A DNA stretch of 64,000 nt from Octopus vulgaris (lineage: Eukaryota): assembly GCA_951406725.2 (NCBI GenBank), contig OX597825.1, positions 86,242,001 through 86,306,000 on the forward strand, written 5' to 3'. A model generated the notes under the pieces. It saw only the letters and a list, made by a program, of their open reading frames with translations. It had not been told where the DNA came from and did no database searches. The translations under genes and the position numbers were made by a program. Below are positions 15,311 through 26,800 of the stretch, piece by piece (within the stretch, counting starts at the first letter, position 1; each line of letters opens with the position of its first letter).

Positions 15311-18300
15311 TTCAGCAAAATTTAGATTCAAATGAATATGGTACTTAAGTCAGAGGCGACAGAATTTTGTATGGTATTATCCATATAAATCCATGAGGTG
15401 ATTATAATCAAAGTAAGCAACAAGATAAATTTCAATACTATCATGTTCTTAACAATCAAATCAACCTCTCTGTCTGTATATCTACCCTCTTTATAATGTT
15501 GGCAAACGAAATGGAAATAAGTATATGTATTGTCCATTTGATGGAAGACTTCTATAAATGGCTGAAGATAGCTCAACATTTTAAAACTAATGTAACACTT
15601 ACAATGTTTAATAAAATGAAGTAGCCTGAAACGATCGTACCAAATTACCGAAGATGTACTTGTTGCTTATTTTGATTATATATGAATCTGGAGGGGTATA
15701 TTATCTGGGCAGATGCCATATTAGCTCTCAGTTAAGTTTCAGTTAACGGCTAACCACAATGGTCAGTATCTAACATCTGTGACTGTGAATTCTTCCAATG
15801 GGTAATTCCATGTAATCTTCATTGGACATTAAAAATTGTCTGGAGTATATATATTAATATTAATAATAATAAAGAGTATGGAGACCTGTACATCCACAAA
15901 ATTTATTTTATAGTTATATATAAAGTAAACTTAGCAGTTGTACAAGTTTCCATACTCTTTATTATTATCAATATTAATATATATATATATATATATATAT
16001 CAAGTACTAGGGATTATTAAATCGAGGTAGTCAGCATTCCTGTGAATACTGGCCAACAGAGAAAGTAAAAGTGAACAGTTTTGTTTATCCTTTAGCATTC
16101 AGAATAGTCACTTAAATGTAATCCTTATTTTTTTTTAGAATGACATTGTAGGGTGGGTGTGAGAGGTTGGATATGGCCAATTTGAACACAGAACAGGTAG
16201 AATATTTAGGCCAGATATGGTCAGTTTAAATTCTAAAAGAAACTATTCATACAGACAGAAATTTTAAGTAAAATAATTTAGTCGTCAAGTATAGTAAGTC
16301 TAAGAGTGAAAGTTTGGGTAATAATACCCAAAATTCCATTCTTGAACTTTGTACACGCACACACACACATCAGATAATGTTAAAAATTAAGAAGCCGGCC
16401 TAGTTTGGAGTCAGTTGTTTCTGAATTCAAATCCCGACAGAGAAACCATCTCTCTAGACTCTGATATGTAATAATAATAATAATAATAATAAATAACAAT
16501 AATGCTGAGGACCAGCCTACTGTTCACAATGTCTTAAATATTGGTAAAGGAAAATAGTTGTATCGGGGGTTAATCTGTATTCTGTTATAATCCAATTTTA
16601 TGAAAAAATTTTACTCTTTTCTCAAATCTGATCTTGTTCTGTTTGTGGGGTGAATGTGTGTATGTTTGTGAGTGTGTGTGTGTGCTTGTGTGAGAGCAAT
16701 CATATTTGTTCTAATAAATAGCGAAAATTTATTTTCTTTTGACGTTTCATTTATTCATTACATTTCACTTCAAACTTGGTGGTTATATTTGATAAGTATA
16801 CATGTTTAAATCTTAGTTTTCATGATTATATGTTTTTACGCTATATATAAATGTCTTTATACATATGTATATATATATATGTTAATATATATTTATGTGT
16901 TTGTGTAATATGTAACACATGCACATATGTGTGTGTTTGTGTCTGTTTTATATAACACATACACAAATGTGTGTGTATAATGTATGTATATTCATGTGTG
17001 TATATATATAATAATACATGTGTGTATGTATGTGTATATACATGTATATATATACACACACGCAGACACATGTGTGTGTGCACTTTTTTATTAACATAAA
17101 TTTATTGACATGTGTTCTTATATTTTGCAGCTTGTAAGAAAAGATGACCATTTAAATTATCGTAAAATTAAAAATAGTAAGTATGTGGTGGGTGGATTTC
17201 ATTTTGTTTTTTTTTATTATTTTTAACTACTTTCAACAGCTGCAGTTTTAATGATGATGGCAATAAAAGAAAGAGAGGTACTTTCTAATTTTGTAACGTG
17301 GCCATAAAAATGGTTTTACGCAACGTCTGTGTTTGTATGTATGTAAGAGAGTGCGAAAGGGAGAAAGAGAACCATGACAAAGTTTCTTTTGAGATTCTGT
17401 CTGTTGATGGCCCCTAATCCCAGCAGTTCTGCTAATAGTCTACTTCTGGGGTTCTCAACCAGAGTCCAGGTAGGGTTTTGCTTGTTAACATTTATGTACA
17501 ATAAAATGATTTTATGTCTACTGTGGCAATGGTCGTTTGCCCAAACAAGCATAATTGCTGGTATCCCATTGGTTAAAATTACTGCCCATATATGAATTCT
17601 AAACTTTTGTCTAAGAAATTTTTCACAAAATATGGTTCTTAGAATTCGGATATGAGCAGTTATAAAAACCCTGATTTTTGGGAAATTACTCAGTGATTAT
17701 TGGATGTTACTAAACTCTCCATGACTCTCACTCCTTGAGATATTGGCTATTTTTTATGCCATGTCTATGATAAAACTCCAACAAGACTTATTTGAATTGT
17801 TTTGAACTCTAAGTAGTTAGTATAAAGGATTAGCTAGTGTGAATTTTAAGTCGTAATTCTCTGCGACAAAATGACTTTACTTTCCAGTTGTACAATAAAT
17901 GCTAAATGTACATGAATAAACTAACGTAGTAATTAATTTCTCTTTTTTCACTTTCTTCAACTTGTTAATGGAATTTATTTCTGCAATTATAAAACTGTGT
18001 ATTTTTTTATAGCAGTTAAAAGAACACAAATTTATTTATCTTCAACATACATGCATGCATAAAATGTTCGTTAACGTTTCAGAGTATATATTTCTCGCTA
18101 TGGCGTTTATGTAGCTGGAGTCAGGATTTATGTATAATGATAACACTTATACTACAATGCACAAAATATTTTAACAGTATTTTCATACAATTCCTAAGAA
18201 TATTTAATTATAAAAATATAATAGGATTCTTTTGAATATGGAATGGTTATGAAGGTCCATAGGAACTCTAGTTTACCCTAAAAGTCCTCTCTCTCATTCA

Positions 18301-21300
18301 CCTGTTCTTGTCTAATCTATAATTACTTCCTTTAACTCCTCTCCCATTTCCTATTATCATAAACGTCAGATGATTCCTGCTGGACACCAAAATACTGGGG
18401 CTTCCCTCATAGACATCAAAAGTCTAAAGAAACAAGGAATAGAACAGCATGATGTGATGATGTTCATGCATTTTTGAATATCACCAGTGAGTGAAGTGAC
18501 ATTGGTTTAGGAGTCCTGGTCACTACTTCATGCTGTTGGTCACTGGCCACTACTCCAACTGAATTGAATATTGATTTCATTGGTTTTATTTGATTTTATT
18601 CTCTTTTTTTTCTATTTAGATTTCTATGTTGACATAAAGCCAGTTTCTCGTTATGAACTCCACCCCTGCAGCTGCTTAGCGAAGAATGCAGAGAAAGGGG
18701 GATGTGGAGATGAGTGTCTGAATAGGTAAGTCTGCATTTTACACACCAGTAATATATCATGTATGAGTGGCTCCCTCTATTGTTCACTTCCCCTCTAGAA
18801 AAGTGCTAGCCTAGAGTGGTTTTAATCTCAGCAGTGTAATAATGAAATTTCTCTTCCTATTTTCTTTGTGTGTGTTCAAATTGGTCTGTACATGTGTGTG
18901 TGTGTGTGTGCCTTCTTTTGACCTTTCAGCATAAAAGTCAACAACAGCTTTGCAGTAGAGATGCTACACAGAGGCTATTGTGACACAGTTTCGTTTTCAT
19001 AAACCTCCTCCACCCATCCCCCCCCCCATTTATTTGTTTTTAATTGTGATATAAAATCAGATGGATGTCTCCTCTTCTGTTTTTGGGTCACCACTTAACA
19101 CTATTGCTTGTCTGTCTGTTGTCTAGTCAACATCAATTACACAGGGGTGGACAGTACCACTCAGTGGACAAGGCCATTAACATTTTAAGTATGTTTACTA
19201 AGGGGACACTAACACACACACACACTGGGTAGAGCTTCAGAGCCTGATGAAATGGTTCCTAGGAATTCTTTTGCAAATGGTTAAAATCTGGGACAGGAAA
19301 CCCACCCAACTCATTCTCTGATTAAACTGTGGATAGGAATCTAGCAAGGAAGCCCTCCAATTGCATTGTGACGGATAGAGTCAGTGAACCAAATAGCCAT
19401 GGGCTAAACAAGAGATGATGTAGTGGAGTAATAGGGGTGTTACATCCATCCTCATTGTATCCACCCATGGATTTGCCTGTTTTCTTCCTCCTCCTCCACA
19501 CTGCAATATACACAATAGAATTCATCCCTACTTACTCTCCTTCTCCCTCCCCGTCTCACTCTCCTTACACATTTGACTCCTACTACAAAAACCTCCCTCA
19601 TCACTTCACTCAACCTGATTGTCGTGACCCTTCCATTGCTGCACTCAGAGTAATCTCCCTTCCTCATTGAAATTTTCTTGGTAGTTGTTTTTTTTTTTGC
19701 AATCAATATTTGATTACTTTTTTATATAACTGTTGCTGCTCAGAGTCACCCCTGATTTAGGGGCTGCTTCTTTGAACAGTAAGGTTTTTTCCTACTTATA
19801 TTCAAAAGTTGAATATGTTATTTGGAGGGAGAAGTTTTCCATCAACTGTAAGAGTCGCTTTTAAGTGCTGGAAATATGAAGATATTTCTGTAACACTTAC
19901 AATGCTTTGGATCTTTTGATCTTTTGGTACAGACATGATACTAATTGGGATTTGTTTCACTTTAAAAATGAATTAGTCCATTCAGCTGAAGGAAAAATTG
20001 TTTTTAAATTGCGTTACTGTGCAACCTTATGCTGTGATGGAAAGAGGAAGCAAAATATTATATTTTGTTCAAAGTTACCCCATTTCACGGTTCCACAAAT
20101 CCGGTTCAAACTGAACATCAGGTCACATCACACATTTACCTTGATTTGGTTTGATTTTCAACCTTCATACGTGCTTCACTGACACATTATTATTGGAATA
20201 TGGTGGATCAGATCTTTGTAGGAGTTTATCATGTGTACAGCAGACAAAAATACCTTGTGGTATTTAGGCACTGAATTACATCGACAGCCCTTTACATTTA
20301 GCGTGCAGTATAAACTTTTAAATATAAGTCTTGAAATTACGGCATGGATGATAGAATATTTTGCTCCACATTGAAGTTGTTTCTTAAGTTTTGTCTACTA
20401 TTCCTGACTAAATTCTTAAATTCTTAAATTTTAGAATGATCTACACAGAATGTTCTCCTGGTCTGTGTCCATGTGGAGACAACTGTATGAATAACCGTTT
20501 CCAAAAACATCTTTGGGCGCCATGCCTAGAAATGTTTTTAACGCCTGATCGAGGTTATGGTGTCAGATCATCTCATCATCTCGTCTCTGGTAAGTGTTGT
20601 TGGAACTATTTCAGAAGCATATTTTCAATGACCCTCTTCCTTACTCCCTCTCTCTCTCTTTCTCTCTATCTCTCTCTCCCCCTCTGTTGGCCAGTAAAAG
20701 GTTTACATATGGTTCTGGTCATGTTAATGTGTCCATTTGGGTTCAATCTCCGATTGGTGTTAATGTGATATATTGTTTATCTATTTCATTGCACCCTACT
20801 CACACACCAGACCAACAATAAAGGGATAAATAAAGGTTTGATTTGGTAATTTGGGTGTAACTGTAATATTTGTTGTTGTTGTTTAACTTCTGGCCAGTCC
20901 TCGTCCGACAGGCCTCTAATCAAAAATGTTAAAGTCAAGACGAGCCAGTCTCTTTTTCCAGGAAAATTATACTCCTCCTCTTCTTCCGCTTCAGCCGAAT
21001 AATAATAAGAATAATGATGATAATAATAATGCCTTCATATTTTGGCACAAGGCCAGCAATTTTGGGGCAAGGGATCAGTGCTCAACTGGTATTTATTTTA
21101 TGGATGCAGAAAGGATGAAATAAATGCAACTGCTCTCACAAACAAGAATGCTAAAAATGAACCTGACCACTCTCAAAAATTAAGTAAAAAAAAACCCGGA
21201 AAAATAATCCAGAATCCTTGTCTAATACCAGATTGATCCCAAAAATGTAATCAATTTGTGCCAGTCACAAGGCCAAACGTCCCTGAAAGTTTCATCCGAA

Positions 21301-22290
21301 TCCACCCAGTGGTTCTTGAGATATCTTGTCCACAGACAAACAAACAAACACAACTGAAAACAATACCTCTGCCTTCACTAAGGCGGGGGGTAGTAGTAAC
21401 ACCCACAATGCTAATAAATTCACCTTGTCTAGTGGTTTGGGTTAGACAAATGATCCTAGTTCAAGTCAGTTGGGGTCCTTCTTGATGATCTGGGAACCTA
21501 GAGTCCCTTAAATGTTTCACATGTCCACCATAAATATTGAAGTTGTCTTTTATATTTATTTATGTTTTCAGGTCAATTTATCCTTGAATATCTCGGAGAA
21601 GTGGTCAGCGAGAATGAATTCCGACGTAGAATGACAGAGAATTATTCTCAAGAACGACATCATTACTGCCTCAATCTGGATGGTGGCGCTATGATTGATG
21701 GTTATCGAATGGGGAACATTGGACGATTCGTCAATCATTCGTGTGATCCAAACTGTGAGATGCAGAAATGGTAAGATTTTCATGATGTTTGACCATGGGT
21801 CTGATTCAGACATTTTCATCATCAAACAGGGGTCAAGTCTCCTATTTATTCTATCAGTTTCTCTTTTGTCAAACTGCTAACCTACTGGGATGCAAACATC
21901 TAAACACACACACACACACACACTCGATGCCACACTGCAGGACTGAACTTGAAACCACGAAGCAGACATTTTAACCAGGCAACCATACCTGTAATTACAT
22001 AATTGAATATGTCTGTCATCATTTAGATGTTATATCTTTTACTCCTGCTTCAAACACTTCCACCAATCCTCTGTCTGGGATTGGTATTTTGGCATGTAAA
22101 AAGCACCCACTACACTCGTGGAGTGGTTGGCATTAGGAAGGGCATCCAGCTGTAGAAACTCTGCCAGATCAGACTGGAGCCTGGTGCAGCCCCTGGCTTC
22201 CCAGACCCCGGTCGAACCGTCCAACTCGTGCTAGCGCGGAAAACGGACGTTAAACGATGATGATGATATATATATATATATATGTGTGTG

Positions 22291-22340
<50 letters not shown>

Positions 22341-23419
22341 TATATATAGGGAGAGTTTACGAAAAAAACAAAAGAGAAAACAGGTGGTGTACAAAACAAA
22401 CAGATGTAATAGTATAATGCTCAGGAATAGAAAAAGTTTTTTACGTTTCGAGCCTACGCTCTTCTACAGAAAGAGACACAGAAAAAAAAACAAGGAGAGA
22501 AACAAGAGAAATATATATACACATGCACATACATGCATAGAGACACGCACACACACATACACATATACATGCTAATATTGAACAGTGAGAATGAGTGCTC
22601 AGCACTGCAGTGGTGGATGAATATTGTTTATTTGCAGGTGAACAAGGCTACTAATGATCTCATGGGAAGAGATCTTCGCAAATGTTAAAGCATGTCTCAT
22701 CTACTTTTATGTGGCATGCTTGAACAATTGTGAAGATCTCTTGACATGAGACCATTGGTAGCCTTGTTCACCCGCAAATAAAATAAATGTAGTCTCCAAC
22801 CCATGCCAACATGGACAACAGACTCTAAATGTTGATGATGATATATATTAAATGTTTGTTGCTGTGTTTATTGTTTGATTTTCATTTGTTATCTATTTCT
22901 TTCCTTCTATATTTGACAGGAATGTCAGTGGTTATTATCGAATGGGACTGTTTGCCTTAAAAGATATCCAACCATATACTGAAATTACCTATGATTACAA
23001 TTTTCATGCCTACAATGCTGATTCTCAGGTAAGATATATCACCTTCCTATCTCTCGTTAACTCATTGATTACAGTCTTTGAACATTCTTATTTGTATTGC
23101 TAATGGTAGTGAAAATGATGCAAAATTAATTGGGCTGCAATCTTTAAAATGGTGTTTTTTTATTTTCATTTTGCTTTTCCTTAATTCCTCAGCAAATTTG
23201 TCGCTGTGGAACTGACAAGTGCCGTGGTGTAATAGGCGGCAGAACCCAGCGATTAAACGGCATGAATAAAGACAAAAACAACATACCAAGACCCGTTGGC
23301 CGTCCTCCAAAAGATAAACGTAAATCGAAGTCTCGATTGAAAAAAGTAAGGGATAAAGTGAGTAAAGTGTCACGACTCATGGTTTTCTTACTTCACTTCT
23401 CTATACAACTGCATTTCCA

Positions 23420-23455
<36 letters not shown>

Positions 23456-23652
23456 AGTGTCCTTTGCCAGCTTTAAAGAAAGATTAAAACTTATAAATTG
23501 TGCAGTTTGAAAGGAAAATAAATAGGGAAAAACAACATTTTTATTGAAATATAATAAAACCGGAATTCATGAGATTTTACTTACAATTTCCAATTTATTC
23601 CAAATATTGTTTAGAGTTTGGTTTTATATATATATATATATATATGTGTATA

Positions 23653-23746
<94 letters not shown>

Positions 23747-23749
23747 ATA

Positions 23750-23819
<70 letters not shown>

Positions 23820-26800
23820 TATATATATATATATATACACACACATATATATATATAGAGAGAGAGAGAGATTTCTGTTATGATCCTTATATGTAAGAAT
23901 GGTGTTGTTGTTTTGGGAGTCAACTTAAAATAAAATCTCTGTTGTGTTTTGTTTGTCAAGGCTAAAAGTGCGCAAGATTCCTCAAGCTCAGCCTCTTCCA
24001 AGGTGCCTAACCAATCTGTGATTAAACCTATGTCAAATAGAGAACGTGGTTTTGCTCGAAAGCATCGTATCTTCCTTGTACGCAACATTGATAAAATCCG
24101 ACAGATCCGGCAAAAGGGACACAGATCTGAAAGCGAGAAGGAGAAGGACTGTGATTATTTAAGAGATACCAACTTATCAAAGACAGGTGGGTAACGGCTT
24201 ACTGCTCCTCGCACACACAAACACATACACCTTTCCATTGTTGTTACTGGGGAGGATCTGTTGTCTTTGATGAAGTGCTTTTTGTTTTTTTCCCTTGCCT
24301 TTGGTTACAACTGGACAAAGAAGAAGTTCTCTCCATAGACTCTGTGGTCCTCCAAGGCCACTGGCGTTGTGGCTGGTGTAAGAAAACATTGAAATTGCAA
24401 GAGGTAGCTCTTACATTCAAACACCACAAATCAACAACAGTGTTCAGTAAGATCCATGAAGGAAGAGTCCGAGAGGTATAAAATTCCGATGGTAATCTGG
24501 GTGGAGTGGTGGTGAAGTAGAGGAGATGAAGGTTGAAGAGAGGAGGAAGTTCAGTTAAACGGGATCAAATTGGGATGACCACACGAGCCTTTATTATATG
24601 GGGTTCAAAACTGTGCAAAATACTAAAGACAGGGATAGAGGGTGGGGTGGGGATGGGACCAACAACCAAGGTCTGTTAGTTTGACACGTGGGGCAAAATG
24701 GAAGAGTCTTAGACTTTTCAAGCTTTTGCTCTTCTCCTGAAAGGAATGAAGAGAGAAAAGGGAAAGAAAGCTGTCTGGGTTAGAACATGTTGCACATGTT
24801 GGATTGAACTCACAAACTTACCGTTGTGAACTGCTTGGCTTGTCAGTTAGGTTGAGTTTCAGTGAATAAATCAGTGTTAGAAGTTTGTTCATCTTAATTC
24901 TATTGTGGAGAATGTTCTCGTGTGATTTAAGACTGAAAAATGTGTGCTTCTCATTAAAAGAGTTAGATTTCAGTTGGATAGGTCAATGGCTTATATAGAA
25001 ACGCCCTTGTGGGCCTCTAGTATTGGCAACAGTTGCTGTTGTTGTTGTTGGGCAGACCCTGTTGGACTTGAGGTGAGCAAACATCACCCTCCTTCTCTTC
25101 TTCCTCGCCATCATCACTGTGGTTATTATTCACTCATCCATTAACTAAACTCAGTGGTTCTGTCAACCTTTTTAGGGGATTTGGGGATCAGATCCCAGGC
25201 TTGGATGGTTTTAGGATGCCACACCCCCAAAAAAGTAAAACACCAACCAATTAAAGAAAAATTTATTATATTCATAGAGGAAAGACCAATGGAAGGACAT
25301 TTGAGAGCCACATGTGGCCCTGGGATCCATGGTTGAAAACCACCAACAAGACTTATTGATACTGTGATCCGGCAACTTGTATGTTTGAGAAACAAATCTA
25401 ATTGAACTGATGGAGGGCGGGTTACTTACTGATTGGCACTGGGTCACTTCTCACTACTGGCACAGTCTACTTGGCTGTAAATAGATATCATGCTTGGCAA
25501 GGTAGAGTTCACTGCTGTTAGCAGTGGGAGCACTTTGTAATCAAAGAATGTTTCATACAGTCTTCAGAATGCAACAGACATCACCCTTCCCCTGTTAATC
25601 TACTAATTGACTGGGTTAGGAAGCATTACCACCACCACCACCACCACCACCACTACTACAATTACTGGTTCCCACAATTATTCCATATTTAAATGCCACA
25701 TGTTTATGAATGAATCTGCATCATTAAATAAGCCCATTGTCATTCTAGAAATTGTTCTCTTCTGTCTTTCCAGACATGTTCCTTACCAAATTTACTGCTC
25801 TAAAGACTGAACGTTCAGTAAAGACCAGGTAAATATAGTCACAGAAATTTCATTTTGTTTCTCTTCCTTTTCGTATACAAACCAAATTGAGACTCAGACA
25901 TAATGACACTATACAGTATCATCATTAATTATTCTTTCAGTAATGACAAGATGAAAGTCTAAACATAATTCTTACATTTAATCATCGTCTTCAAATTTGA
26001 AGAGTTTGAGGCAAACTCCTTTGTAACACTTGTCTCTGTGATCTGTGTGGAAGATTGCTTTCATCCTCAGTTCTGTCTCATTATGAGATTAGACTTCAAA
26101 GAAAACATCAACAACACTCGTTAATGTTTCCTGACCATTTTGTTATTTTTGCTAAAATAGATCATAATGAGATAAGTTTCTTCTTCATTCAGACTTATTT
26201 AAAATTTTCATTTTTCCCAAAAATAATTTGGTATATTTCTTTGGTTGTAATTTTGTTGCTTTTTGATTTGTCTGCTGCTAAGTTTCTCTCAAACATTTCA
26301 CTATTTTTAATTCCCAGGCGTTTGGCAATGGCTGATGAGAACAGTGAACTGACAAAAATTGCCAAATTAGCTCAAATGTTCAAAGTGATGATGAATTCAG
26401 TACGAAAATACAAAAGTAAGTTTTTTCACTATATTTAGTTTTTTTTTAATTTTATTTTTAAAAAATATAACGTGGCCAATCCCAGTGCCCCCTGACTGGC
26501 TCACATGCCAGTGGCATGTAAAAAGCACCTTCTACACTCTTGGAGTGAGTGGTTGGCATTAGGAAGGGCATCCAGCTGTAGAAACCTTGCCAGATCAGAT
26601 TGGAGCCTGGTGCAGCCATCTGGCTCTCCATAGCTCAGTCAAACCGTCCAACCCATGCCAGCATGGAAAACAGACGTTAAACGATGGTGATGATGATGCT
26701 GATGATATTGATCAGCAATTGATATTATAAATACTGATTGAGAGTTTTAATTACAATTTATTTGTTTTGTTTTTGAATATCAATTTTTTTCTGTAATTTT

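Noticed and set aside
15612-15645. TGAAGTAGCCTGAAACGATCGTAC, resembling a hammerhead 3' half
   Set aside because: The CUGANGA box and stem I are missing; too degenerate to call.
23544-24088. Several 80-127 aa ORFs rich in YI/IY
   Set aside because: Translations of the (TA)n microsatellite.
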